From: a virus
Virus record (IMG/VR): IMGVR_UViG_3300020457_000004
Coordinates: 73,117 to 137,116 of that record
Length of the DNA stretch: 64,000 bases
Direction: 5' to 3' (one strand)
This document shows, in pieces, positions 20,835 to 30,433 of this stretch (within the stretch, counting starts at the first letter, position 1; each line of letters opens with the position of its first letter). Below the pieces are notes generated by a model, which was not told the origin of the DNA, did no database searches, and was given only the letters and a program-made list of their open reading frames with translations. The position numbers and the translations under genes were made by a program.

Positions 20835-21404
20835 ATGGCGAATCCATTTCTACAAATAAGACCTAACTCTGACTCTGGAAGAAAGTCATTTAATTGGTAC
20901 ATGAACCAAGTAAGGCAGATTATGCGTGGCGTATCTACACCTTCAAGTGCCATAGCAAATGACATTGGTAAACCAGTAAGTCAATTTGATATAGGTTCAA
21001 TGTACTTGTTTAGGTATGACGCGAAATGGAAAGATAAACTACCATACTTTGATGCGTTTCCTCTTTGCCTTCCATTTGAACCTACAAAAGATGGATTCTG
21101 GGGATTGAATTTGCATTATCTACCTTATATGATGAGAGCTCAGTTATTAGGCAAATTAATAGAAACAACAAACGATAGAGCGATAGATGATAAAACTACA
21201 ATGAGATACAACTGGGAACTATTGTCAAACTCTGCACAATTTCCAGAAGTAAAACCATGTGTAAAAAGATATTTAACAAAACAAATAAGGTCTAGATTTT
21301 TTGAAATCAATCCACAAGATTGGAAAGGTGCTATATTTTTACCAGTAGAAGACTTTAATGTTAGTAAAAACACCGTATTCCAAGCGTCTAGGAGAATGAT
21401 TTAA
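20835..21404 (+). CDS. gp2: DNA end protector gp2
   Basis: G.MYLF.YDAKWKDKLPYFD.FPL, GLNLHYLP and KPCVKRYL motifs. Confidence 0.93.
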   Translation: MANPFLQIRPNSDSGRKSFNWYMNQVRQIMRGVSTPSSAIANDIGKPVSQFDIGSMYLFRYDAKWKDKLPYFDAFPLCLPFEPTKDGFWGLNLHYLPYMMRAQLLGKLIETTNDRAIDDKTTMRYNWELLSNSAQFPEVKPCVKRYLTKQIRSRFFEINPQDWKGAIFLPVEDFNVSKNTVFQASRRMI

Positions 21405-22036
21405 TGGCATATTTTAAAACAAAAGATTTCATTGCGAAAGTTAGAAAGAATGACCTTGCGAGGTCTAATAGGTTTGAGGTGGTTATTAATTCGCCAGGCC
21501 GATTTGTAGAGGATAGAGACATATCATTAATGTGTGAAGAGGCACAAATACCAGGCTTACAAATTCAATGGTCGCCAACAAAAATATCTCATTGGACAGA
21601 ACAAAGAGCGCATGGTATAGAATACTTTGGAGACACAGCCGCGTTCACATTTTTCTGTGACGATAATTGGGATGTAAGAACATATTTTGAAAACTGGATG
21701 ACCACTATCGCTGACCCCCTTTCAAAAGAAGTCAGTTTTCCAGACGAACATGTGGGACAGGTAGAAGTATATGCTCTTGACAGAGAAGATAACATAGTAA
21801 CAAGATGGAAACTATATGATGCATTTCCAAGACTCATGAACATTCTACCAATGGGTCAAAGTGCTGAAGGTATAGTGAGAGTTAATGTGACATTTGCTTT
21901 TAGAAGGTGGACTTCTAGAGGTGTTGTAGCGGGTGATGCAGAAAGGTTGTTTGGAATACTCAATTTCCGTAAGAACGGTATTAAAAACGCTATCAAAAGT
22001 AAAATTGCTCATAATATTAATGATTGGATTGATTAA
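21404..22036 (+). CDS. gp54: Baseplate tail tube initiator gp54 / tail-tube-fold protein
   Basis: LARSNRFEVVI, CE.AQIPG, R.YFE.W, L.DAFP and VTFAFRRW motifs. Confidence 0.75.
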   Translation: MAYFKTKDFIAKVRKNDLARSNRFEVVINSPGRFVEDRDISLMCEEAQIPGLQIQWSPTKISHWTEQRAHGIEYFGDTAAFTFFCDDNWDVRTYFENWMTTIADPLSKEVSFPDEHVGQVEVYALDREDNIVTRWKLYDAFPRLMNILPMGQSAEGIVRVNVTFAFRRWTSRGVVAGDAERLFGILNFRKNGIKNAIKSKIAHNINDWID

Positions 22037-22053
22037 ATTATTGGAGGTTTGTA

Positions 22054-22737
22054 ATGACACTACCAAAGGCGAAATATCCTTTGACAGACATTTTTGTCTA
22101 TTCGTTAGATAAAAAAATTCCGTTTAGACAATTCTTAGTAAAAGAAGAAAGATTATTTGAGAGCCCAGACTCGGACAGACATGTTCTAATAAAATCAATA
22201 TCAGATTGTATCACTAGTTGTTCTCTGGGTAAAGTGGATGGAACTACTTTACCTATCTTTGACTTACAGAACATATGGATTCAATTATCTAAAATTTCTG
22301 AAATAGAAATACCAGACTGGGCATTCATGTGTGGAGACTGTGGAGAGTATAATACACAGTCAATAAATTATGATGACTTTGGATTCAAACTAACTGATTA
22401 TCACACCGACATACTTCCACTAAGAGATGATTTGATAGTAAAAATGAGATATCCTACCGCTGGTGAATTATTTGAATTTGATAAAGAAAAAATACCGTAT
22501 TATGATATAGCTGCTACATGTATCGACTCAATTAAAATAAAAGGGGAAAAGGTAGAGAATATATCAGAAGAAGAAAAAATAGAATTTATAGAAACTTTGA
22601 CAAGTTCAGAGTTTGAAATGATAACATTATTTTTTGCATCAATGCCTGTGGTGCAAAATGTAATAGAGTTTGAATGTGGAAAATGTGGAACTGAAAATCA
22701 GGCAGTAATGAATGGATTTTTCGGTGAATCAGAATAG
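22054..22737 (+). CDS. gp26: Baseplate hub assembly chaperone gp26-like, paralog 1 (divergent)
   Basis: LPK...I.FRQFLVKEE, CGDC, MRYPT, FF.SMP and CGKC motifs. Confidence 0.8.
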   Translation: MTLPKAKYPLTDIFVYSLDKKIPFRQFLVKEERLFESPDSDRHVLIKSISDCITSCSLGKVDGTTLPIFDLQNIWIQLSKISEIEIPDWAFMCGDCGEYNTQSINYDDFGFKLTDYHTDILPLRDDLIVKMRYPTAGELFEFDKEKIPYYDIAATCIDSIKIKGEKVENISEEEKIEFIETLTSSEFEMITLFFASMPVVQNVIEFECGKCGTENQAVMNGFFGESE

Positions 22738-22739
22738 GT

Positions 22740-23453
22740 TTGGAGGATAATATGGCACTACCACAAACTGAACATCCTCTGATAGATGTTCATATACACT
22801 CTCTTAATAAGAGTGTTAAATTCAGACCTTTCCTAGTAAAAGAAGAAAAATTGCTTGTCTTAGCAAATGAAACTAAAGACCAAGACGAAATGATTAGAGC
22901 CACTCAACAAGTGGTAACTAATTGTTCTTTTGGTAAAGTACAGGGAGATGAACTTCCCATATTTGACATGCAAAAAATCTTTTTAGAATTAAGAAAGGTC
23001 TCAGTATCAGACACAGTAGACATAAGGTTACTATGTGGACATTGTGAAGCACCAATAGATATTCAAATAGAATTGGATACCTTTAAACTTCATGAAACAG
23101 AAGGACACGCGATGGACTTTCAGATTGCTGAGGATATATCAGTAAAAATGAAATATCCTAATGCTAAAGAACTTACTGCTCTAGGACAATCAGAGACAGA
23201 AGGTGACATCTATAAAGTCGCTGAGACTTGTATAGAAACTGTTTTCTATGGAGATGCAATCATTGAGTTTAAAGAACTAAGGGAAGAAGAAAGAAGTGAT
23301 TTTATTGACAACCTAACTTCAGAACAGTTCTCACATATCAAAAACTTTTTTGAGACAATGCCAGTAATAGAAAACCATGTCGAATATAAATGCAACAAGT
23401 GTAAAAAAGACAATGTTGCTTACTTGAATGGGTATTACGATTTTTTCGTATAA
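22740..23453 (+). CDS. gp26: Baseplate hub assembly chaperone gp26-like, paralog 2
   Basis: MALP...KFRPFLVKEEKLL, MKYP, FFETMP and CNKC...DFFV; likely start is MALP at 22751. Confidence 0.9.
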   Translation: MEDNMALPQTEHPLIDVHIHSLNKSVKFRPFLVKEEKLLVLANETKDQDEMIRATQQVVTNCSFGKVQGDELPIFDMQKIFLELRKVSVSDTVDIRLLCGHCEAPIDIQIELDTFKLHETEGHAMDFQIAEDISVKMKYPNAKELTALGQSETEGDIYKVAETCIETVFYGDAIIEFKELREEERSDFIDNLTSEQFSHIKNFFETMPVIENHVEYKCNKCKKDNVAYLNGYYDFFV

Positions 23454-23638
23454 GCCTTTTCCATGAAAATTTAGAAAATTACTTTAAAACTAACTTTCTA
23501 CTAATGCAAGAACATAAATACAGTTTAACAGAAATAGAAAGTTGGGTTCCGTGGGAAAGGCAAGTATACATTTCGATGTTGGTTCAACATTTGAAGAAAA
23601 AAGCGGACGCAATCAAAAATAATAAATGGAGACAATAA
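23441..23638 (+). CDS. gp51: gp51-like hub assembly protein, in the -1 frame of gp26 (first ATG only at 23504)
   Basis: Missed by the ORF track. Translates ...SLFHENLENYFKTNFLLMQEHKYSLTEIESWVPWERQVYISMLVQHLKK, matching the gp51 signature of marine T4-like phages. Confidence 0.85.
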   Translation, partial: FFRISLFHENLENYFKTNFLLMQEHKYSLTEIESWVPWERQVYISMLVQHLKKKADAIKNNKWRQ

Positions 23639-23639
23639 A

Positions 23640-25436
23640 ATGGCATTCTTTATACCCGCTTTGATGGGAGCAGCAAGATTTGGAGGAATGGCTCTAGCTA
23701 GAACTGCTGGGGTTGCAAAATCTGGATTAAGAGCGGCGGGTTCTTTGGGTAAAGGTGCGCTTGGATTTGGTGCTGGAGCAGCTTTGGCAGGAGGCGGTCA
23801 AGGTATGCAAACTGCCGTACCTTCCTCTAATGAATCAATGGACAATGTTATTCCGTTTCCAACATCTGCTGGTGGTGGAAATAGAGGCGGAGGTTCAGGC
23901 GGAGTATCGACAGCTCAAGCTACTTCCGCGTTACAGGATGGAGATTCTTCAAACCCCACAGTTAATGCTTTAAATGAAATAAGAGAAGTCTTAGTAAGTA
24001 TAAAGGGTGATACCGCTACTATAGCAACTGGATTCGCCGCCCCTAAAGCAGAGTCACCAGACGAAAATAAATTAAATGCAATGTTTGGTGGAAAGGGTGG
24101 TGGTAGGTCATTACCAGTAGGTAGTGCTGGATTAGGAACTGCTGTCGGTGGTCTTGCTGCTCTGGGTGCTATGGGTATGTTTGATACTGAAACATCTGAA
24201 AAAAGAGCCAAAGAAGTTCAAACGAAACTTGAAGATGGCACAGATAATTTCATAACAAAAATAACACAATCACTAGTAACACAAGGTAATAAATTAATTG
24301 CCGCTCAGACTTTAGGACAAGGTGCAAAATCTGCCGTCAAAGCTGGAGCAGGAATGATTGCAAGTGGAGTTAAAAAAGTTACAACCCCTTCACTTGATAA
24401 AGCTGGGACGCCCGCGATAGACAGTTCTAAGGTAGTTGGTACTACACCAGATGGCAAAAATGTAGTGCAATCACAAAAAGGTAATTTTACTGTACAAGGC
24501 GCGGATGGTAAACCAACCACGAATATGGTAAAACCAGAAAATGTGAAACCACTAAAAGTTAAAATTGATGGGCCAACCAAAGCAAAAACAAGCGCATTGG
24601 CCAAAACTGGTGATTTAGCAGCTTCATTGATGAAAAATATTGGTAAGTATGGTATTAAACAAGTACCCTTAGTGGGTGCAGTTGCTGGTCTTGGAATGGC
24701 AGCACATCGATTATTCAAAGGAGATTCGGCAGGGGCAGCTGCGGAACTGGCTGGTGTCGCGTTAGTTGGGCCGTTAGGTGGTGTATCAATAGATGCTGGT
24801 CTTCTTGCTAGAGATATGTACAATGATGTTTATGGTGACCCAGATAGTGATGATGCATCACTTAAATTTCCACATGATAGTGATGTATTGAGTCCAATAG
24901 AAACTAATTACTTTGAAAAGTATGGAGCTATAATTGATTATGTGAAAGGCAAACTTAAAGAAATGAAAGATAATCTTGGTAAAGGTGAATTGGAAAAACC
25001 AACATCTGCAAGACCAACAGAAAAAGGATTTTTTCAGACTGATAAAGGATTGGCTGCCGAACAAAAACGATGGGACGAAAAATTTGGTGCAACTCACAAT
25101 GAGGATGGAAGTCTAAAAGTTCCGTCACCAGAAATGCAAATGCAAGCGGCAGAATCTACTACCCCAACAGATTTAATTGGAGACTCCGCTCCAGCAGAAA
25201 CAGAAAGTGGTTCTATAACAATAGATTCAGCATCCAATCAAGTAGCAAACGCTCAAGCATCTGCAAGTGAAGAAAAGGCAATGCAAGTTGCAGCTATACA
25301 AAGTGATGCAATGCAATCATTACAACAAGTAGTTGGTGGTCTTGGTGGAAAAGTAGAATACTTGCCTGTCCTAGTAACAGATAAGACAGTTGTAGATACT
25401 GAAGTTAATAAACTTATGGTTCAAAAGAACAATTAA
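23640..25436 (+). CDS. Probable tape measure / baseplate hub protein (gp29-like)
   Basis: 598 aa, Ala/Gly-rich with hydrophobic G/A helices (IKQVPLVGAVAGLG..GD..GAAAELAG); directly follows gp26/gp51; similar in length to T4 gp29. Confidence 0.6.
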   Translation: MAFFIPALMGAARFGGMALARTAGVAKSGLRAAGSLGKGALGFGAGAALAGGGQGMQTAVPSSNESMDNVIPFPTSAGGGNRGGGSGGVSTAQATSALQDGDSSNPTVNALNEIREVLVSIKGDTATIATGFAAPKAESPDENKLNAMFGGKGGGRSLPVGSAGLGTAVGGLAALGAMGMFDTETSEKRAKEVQTKLEDGTDNFITKITQSLVTQGNKLIAAQTLGQGAKSAVKAGAGMIASGVKKVTTPSLDKAGTPAIDSSKVVGTTPDGKNVVQSQKGNFTVQGADGKPTTNMVKPENVKPLKVKIDGPTKAKTSALAKTGDLAASLMKNIGKYGIKQVPLVGAVAGLGMAAHRLFKGDSAGAAAELAGVALVGPLGGVSIDAGLLARDMYNDVYGDPDSDDASLKFPHDSDVLSPIETNYFEKYGAIIDYVKGKLKEMKDNLGKGELEKPTSARPTEKGFFQTDKGLAAEQKRWDEKFGATHNEDGSLKVPSPEMQMQAAESTTPTDLIGDSAPAETESGSITIDSASNQVANAQASASEEKAMQVAAIQSDAMQSLQQVVGGLGGKVEYLPVLVTDKTVVDTEVNKLMVQKNN

Positions 25437-26943
25437 GTTTTTTCTGAATATATCCATCAACATGGTCTAGAATAAAACTTTCTCTTCTTTCCATGTGAGT
25501 TTGTGTCTGAAAATCATTCCAAGTTACACTAGGGTCAATGAAAAACTTATCATACATGAATGGGTCTAATACATTTTTTAGTTTTGCTTTACTAAACTCT
25601 TCCACGCAAAATTTAAAACACTCATACATGCTAGAGTAGTCATTTTCCCACATAATGTACTCGCCAGAGGTCGCCACATAGTCGTAGAGGACTTTATAGA
25701 ACGGATTGATACTCATATCCCACTTTATATCATCTTCGGGGAATTTACCCTCTCTATATCCATATTCTTTCCAATTTAAATCAAATTCTGAACTATGATT
25801 GAGAGATGGTTTTCCTAGTAACTTAATCATCAATATATTCATATGATAACTCTGGTCTGCCCAGTATTCAGAACACCATTTTACTGTATCGCGTAGACTA
25901 TCAATGGTTTCGTATGGAAGTCCAGATATTAATGATATATGACCTTTGTAGAATCCAGCATTTTTCTGAAAGTATTCTTTTACTTCTAATAGTCCGTCCT
26001 GTATCCTACCAGTATTCATTCCCTTACCAACAGATTTAGCTGCCTTGTGGTTCATACTTTCAATACCATAGAAGTGAGATGTAATTCCCATCTTAATTAG
26101 GTTATCCCAATCTTTAGGACGCGAAGCTATTAAATCACCACGGATATACGCGGTCATCTTTGGTTGAAATGGAAGTTTTTCTATTACATTAGCAAACTTC
26201 TCAATCTTCTGTGGACTGTCATTGAATGTTTCATCTAGGACAATATAATGTTCTGTTCCCCACTTATCATAATTCTCTAACATCTCATCATAGACGCTTT
26301 CTGCTGTACGAGAGTAATCACCCTTGACGCCTAGTATCGGGAAACTACAGAACTTACATTTGAACTTACATCCACGAGCAAACTCCAAAAGAAGTATTTC
26401 CCTTGGGTTCATAAAATCTGTTTCTTGGTAAGATACTGTTAAATCTTCTTTCGGAAATGATTTGTAATTTACATAACAGTTAATTACTTTATTGAAGTGT
26501 ATCGGTTCTGGCCCACCATCGAAATGTTTCATCAATTCCAACATGGCGTTTTCACCGTAACCATAGACATACCAATCCATGTCCAGACTACGCATACTAT
26601 CATTTTGACTACCAGCAACACGCGGTATATTTGGATATTCTTGTTTTAACCATTCAACCAGTTCTTTAACAACTGGACTATCTAAAAAGAATGTAGAACC
26701 AAATCCAAAGAACTTACACTTTTCTGCTCTAGGTTTTAAATATTTTTTAAGTTGTTCTATTTTCCATCTGTGGACATAATCTATTACATCTATATTATAA
26801 CCGTTCTGCCTCAAAAAAGTGGCAATCTTGTGTCCGCCTGAACTTCTTCTTATTGAGATGTTTTTTGAATCTTCTTTATGAATTGACCCAGCAAAGTCTT
26901 CTAGTTGTCCACCAAATATAATTCCATCCATAATTTTCGCCAT
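25414..26943 (-). CDS. B12-binding-domain radical SAM protein (class B-like)
   Basis: LEFARGCKFKCKFC (CxxxCxxC), DETFN, GIES and GLPYET motifs; N-terminal cobalamin-binding-like region (IATFLRQNG, GYGE). Confidence 0.85.
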   Translation of the reverse strand: MAKIMDGIIFGGQLEDFAGSIHKEDSKNISIRRSSGGHKIATFLRQNGYNIDVIDYVHRWKIEQLKKYLKPRAEKCKFFGFGSTFFLDSPVVKELVEWLKQEYPNIPRVAGSQNDSMRSLDMDWYVYGYGENAMLELMKHFDGGPEPIHFNKVINCYVNYKSFPKEDLTVSYQETDFMNPREILLLEFARGCKFKCKFCSFPILGVKGDYSRTAESVYDEMLENYDKWGTEHYIVLDETFNDSPQKIEKFANVIEKLPFQPKMTAYIRGDLIASRPKDWDNLIKMGITSHFYGIESMNHKAAKSVGKGMNTGRIQDGLLEVKEYFQKNAGFYKGHISLISGLPYETIDSLRDTVKWCSEYWADQSYHMNILMIKLLGKPSLNHSSEFDLNWKEYGYREGKFPEDDIKWDMSINPFYKVLYDYVATSGEYIMWENDYSSMYECFKFCVEEFSKAKLKNVLDPFMYDKFFIDPSVTWNDFQTQTHMERRESFILDHVDGYIQKKLNCSFEP

Positions 26944-26975
26944 AAAAAAAGGGGCGACACTATTTATGCCGCCCC
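26944..26975 (-). terminator. Rho-independent terminator after gp32
   Basis: GGGGCGGCA-TAAATAG-TGTCGCCCC followed by T7. Confidence 0.85.
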
Positions 26976-26996
26976 TCGCATAACTAATCTTAGATA

Positions 26997-27902
26997 TTAA
27001 CTATCGTCAGCAAGTTTTGCAAAGTACGACATTGCATCGTCATCACTATCTGAACCATTGGAGACTACCTTTGTTTCAGCGTTTTTGTTAACAAACAAGT
27101 CATCTTCAATGTCGCCTGTCTGGGCTGCGACAGTTGAAGCATTAGGAACCTTGCTTGCACCTTGAAGAACCATATCCAATTTGGATTTAAGGTCTTCATA
27201 AGACTTGAAGTTAGATGGGTCTACAATCTCTGCAAGAGAGTGTTGTTTCGCCCAAATTGCCTCAATTTCATCATCAGCGGCAACTGGTGATGGAGCAGAC
27301 TCAAACTCCGACTTGTCATAGTTTCGGAATCCCTCAACTTGACGAATCTTCAGTTTGAAGTTTCTGCCTTCCCAGAAATCAAAAGGATTTACTGGAGTTT
27401 CATCTTCAAATTCTGGCTTTAACAAGTCTTGAATTTTGTCGAAGATTTTTTTACCATAACGATAAAGGAATACATTACCTTCATTGTCTGGATTTGATGG
27501 GTCTTTCACAACAAGAATGTTGGAGTAAAAAGACTGTCTACGCTTTTGTTTGCGAGCAATGTCTTTGTTAGACTCAACACCGCTATTCCACAATTCGCTG
27601 TTCAATTCTGAAACAGGGTCTTGTTTTCCTAGAGTTGTGAGAGAGTTTTCGATGTACCACTTCCCAGTAGGGCCTTGGAATCCATGAGTCCAGAGTCGTG
27701 CCCAATATTGGTCTTCACCTTTTGCTGGGGGCAAAAATCGGATGACTGCATACCCATTGCCAGCTTGGTCAACAGTTGGTTTCCATTCCTTACCATCGTC
27801 ATTAGACTCGGTAGTGGTGGTAGACATCTTCTCAACTTGGTTAAGAAGGGTGTCAAAATTGCCACGCGACTTGCGTAGCTCTTCTATAGTATTAAACGAC
27901 AT
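26997..27902 (-). CDS. gp32: Single-stranded DNA-binding protein gp32
   Basis: GNGYAVIRFLP, HGFQGP.GKWYIENSLTT, YGKKIFDKI, NYDKSEF and acidic tail SYFAKLA. Confidence 0.97.
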   Translation of the reverse strand: MSFNTIEELRKSRGNFDTLLNQVEKMSTTTTESNDDGKEWKPTVDQAGNGYAVIRFLPPAKGEDQYWARLWTHGFQGPTGKWYIENSLTTLGKQDPVSELNSELWNSGVESNKDIARKQKRRQSFYSNILVVKDPSNPDNEGNVFLYRYGKKIFDKIQDLLKPEFEDETPVNPFDFWEGRNFKLKIRQVEGFRNYDKSEFESAPSPVAADDEIEAIWAKQHSLAEIVDPSNFKSYEDLKSKLDMVLQGASKVPNASTVAAQTGDIEDDLFVNKNAETKVVSNGSDSDDDAMSYFAKLADDS

Positions 27903-27919
27903 ATATTTCTCCTTGTGCG

Positions 27920-28111
27920 TTATATTGGTTTATGTTTGCGTTGTATTTTACTTTTTTTGTCTAAAGCGTCCAAGAACTCTTCAGACTCATACATATCCTC
28001 ATTATACATGATGTGTCGGTATTTGTCAAGTCTAGTTTTATCTTCACTAGGTACTCTCCGCACACGCTTCTCATCATCATGAGGTCGTAGTTTCCTACTC
28101 ATTATATACAC
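27920..28111 (-). CDS. Small hypothetical protein
   Basis: About 60 aa between gp59 and gp32; AGGAG SD favours the MSRK start. Confidence 0.6.
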   Translation of the reverse strand: MYIMSRKLRPHDDEKRVRRVPSEDKTRLDKYRHIMYNEDMYESEEFLDALDKKSKIQRKHKPI

Positions 28112-28114
28112 TCC

Positions 28115-28122
28115 TATTTATA
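28115..28122 (-). promoter_or_regulatory. Late promoter TATAAATA upstream of the small ORF and gp32
   Basis: Exact consensus overlapping the gp59 stop codon. Confidence 0.6.
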
Positions 28123-28696
28123 CAGGTTGAGTAAGTGTTTTGGCGACTTCCTTCATTGAGTCGGTCACCTTTATGAAAGGACGATATTTTTTAACCAGCA
28201 GTACAACATCTTCTAGTAAAACATCATCCGTTTCTTCTACAAAATCGAAAATCTTATCTAATATAACAAGAGTTTCAATTTCGATCATTCTACCAAAGTA
28301 CAGACGAAAAGTCAAGCCCTGTTTTCCATTTTTTTCAAAAAAAGCGCCAACTTTTTGTTTTTCCATCTCTAGTAGTATCTTTGAGACATCCCTTTGAAAG
28401 AGATATTCTCTCTGATTCTTTTTTGCCTTCCAATCTTCGTATCTCTTGGATGCTTGTATATCAAACAATCCACCCCATCGTTCTCCAGATACAAAATTTG
28501 CGACTAAAAAATCTATTATTTCCTCGCGTTTATAATCCCTAGCAAGTTTCTTTATAGATACCATGTCTTTCCGTTTACGAAAAGTCTCTGGTTTTACTCT
28601 AACTTTACCCTTATACTTCACTACATCATATGACTTGGTAGTAAAATGAAGTTTAATAGCTAGGTACAGTTTATAAACTTCATAGGGTTCAATCAT
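28118..28696 (-). CDS. gp59: Helicase loader gp59
   Basis: VYKLYLAIKLHFT..SYD..KY.GK, F.VANF, IEIETLVILD and KKYRPF motifs. Confidence 0.92.
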   Translation of the reverse strand: MIEPYEVYKLYLAIKLHFTTKSYDVVKYKGKVRVKPETFRKRKDMVSIKKLARDYKREEIIDFLVANFVSGERWGGLFDIQASKRYEDWKAKKNQREYLFQRDVSKILLEMEKQKVGAFFEKNGKQGLTFRLYFGRMIEIETLVILDKIFDFVEETDDVLLEDVVLLVKKYRPFIKVTDSMKEVAKTLTQPV

Positions 28697-28983
28697 ATGG
28701 GTAACTTACAAGACTTCTGTCCCTTAACTAAGTTAAGACCAATTGCTTCTGCTTTGATTTTTTCTTTAAGCGATGCTGTAAGTAATTTTTTAACACTTTC
28801 TATTTCTATATCATTCCTGCCACAGTATTCTACTAAAACATCGATATAATTACCAGCAGAAACAGCTTTTCTTTCTATGTGTTGAGAGAACTCAGCGGAT
28901 GTATGAAATTCTTTCGTAACCATGAATACATCGCTAACCTTCTCTTCTTTTTCTGTGTCATTGTCCACTATCAATTTTGGCAT
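28693..28983 (-). CDS. gp33: Late transcription coactivator gp33
   Basis: FS..IE...YID..V.YC..NDIEIESV.KL...LKEKI..EA..LNL...KLPI; the MPKL start at 28983 is preferred over 28998. Confidence 0.9.
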   Translation of the reverse strand: MPKLIVDNDTEKEEKVSDVFMVTKEFHTSAEFSQHIERKAVSAGNYIDVLVEYCGRNDIEIESVKKLLTASLKEKIKAEAIGLNLVKGQKSCKLPI

Positions 28984-29881
28984 ATTTTCGTTCCACATTC
29001 CTCAAATCCTTGTTTACATTTCTTAAAATCCGTTCTTCCTCATAATCACTTTTCCATTTCTTAACATAACTAATAACATTATATTCTGTTTCAATATATG
29101 GATTTTCACATTCGGTTACTTCTGCCTCACCCTTCTTGTCAAATTCATAAACAATAGGGTGGTCAAATGCCTTTGCTAGTTCCGATATACTAACTGGATT
29201 CCCAGAACCAAGATGTACATTTTTTGGTTTACTTTTTGTTGTTAATAACTTTAGTATACCATCTATTACATCATGGATATGAGTAAAGTCCCTTTCTTTT
29301 TTACCACTACCAAATACCCTTAGAGGTTTGTTTTCCTCTACGCATTTTTTAAATGCTCGGATTACAGTACTATGTTCTCCATAGTCTGCTTCTCTTGGCC
29401 CATACACATTATAAAAATATAACAAGTGGTATTCCAAGTTGTATTGTTTGCGATAAAGTTCTAGTAACTCCTCATTTATACACTTTGAAAATGTATAAGG
29501 ATTGTCATGATGGTGAAGAAACTGAGTACTTGAAGAAGCAGCGAAAAACAAGGGTATTCGTTCTCTTCGTGCATACTCAGCAACGACCATTGTTGAATTA
29601 AAGTTATTCGTAATAGTCCCAAATGGGTCATTCTGAGATAACCTAATTCTAGGCGTGGCGGCTAGATGAAATATTGCGTCATACTTTCCAACTGGAATTG
29701 CTGATGCAACATCTTTATGTAGATACTTCACATTTGGGTTATCTTCGACTTTGAAGTTGCCTTTCCTCATATCATCAATAACAAGAACATTCTGCCCATG
29801 TAAAAGCAATGCTTCTGTTAGGTGTCCACCAATAAATCCGCATCCACCTGTGACGATAAAATTATGAACTTTCTCAGTCAT
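28958..29881 (-). CDS. NAD-dependent nucleotide-sugar epimerase/dehydratase (extended SDR)
   Basis: TGGCGFIG, FHLAA, YTFSK (YxxxK), NVYGP and RDFTHI.D motifs. Confidence 0.9.
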   Translation of the reverse strand: MTEKVHNFIVTGGCGFIGGHLTEALLLHGQNVLVIDDMRKGNFKVEDNPNVKYLHKDVASAIPVGKYDAIFHLAATPRIRLSQNDPFGTITNNFNSTMVVAEYARRERIPLFFAASSSTQFLHHHDNPYTFSKCINEELLELYRKQYNLEYHLLYFYNVYGPREADYGEHSTVIRAFKKCVEENKPLRVFGSGKKERDFTHIHDVIDGILKLLTTKSKPKNVHLGSGNPVSISELAKAFDHPIVYEFDKKGEAEVTECENPYIETEYNVISYVKKWKSDYEEERILRNVNKDLRNVERKYAKIDSGQ

Positions 29882-30422
29882 TGTATACCGTGTAAAAAAT
29901 GTGACTATCTATTTTTGTTGTCATAGCCATATGTTGTGCCCATGCTGGTTCCACATAATCCGCGTGATAAAACAAACTACCATTTGTATTATCTTCGTAT
30001 CTACTAACCATTACATCAATTGCCAATTCTATGATTTCTTCATATGAAGTAAAATCTCGTACCATGTCTGGCTTACCGTCACAGTACCAACTAAATTGAC
30101 AACCATGTCTGATTGGAACCAACTCATTTTCATCTCTCCAAGACGGTCTGTGTTTGCCTTGATAAACAACACCACAGATTGTGTCTGGATATGCATTGTG
30201 TTTAACACGATTAAGGGTAACGAAAGCAACTGCAATTTTACCTTGAGAGCTTTCGCCCCTAGCTTCGTGATAAATGTTAATTGCGAGACAAGCAATTTCT
30301 TTTTGGTCTATAACCTTAACTGGGTCATAGACATGAATTTCCTTGTCGTAATAGTTATCAGCACTAGCGGGCCACAATATAAGAGACACCGCTACAAAGG
30401 CTGTTAAAAACCAAGTGTACAT
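29874..30422 (-). CDS. Cell wall hydrolase, SleB/Hydrolase_2 family
   Basis: N-terminal signal/TM segment; CLA.NIYHEARGES, V.LNRV, PDTICGVVYQ, CQFSWYCDG, FYHADYV.P.W and HIFY motifs. Confidence 0.93.
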   Translation of the reverse strand: MYTWFLTAFVAVSLILWPASADNYYDKEIHVYDPVKVIDQKEIACLAINIYHEARGESSQGKIAVAFVTLNRVKHNAYPDTICGVVYQGKHRPSWRDENELVPIRHGCQFSWYCDGKPDMVRDFTSYEEIIELAIDVMVSRYEDNTNGSLFYHADYVEPAWAQHMAMTTKIDSHIFYTVYND

Positions 30423-30433
30423 AGTGTACTAGA

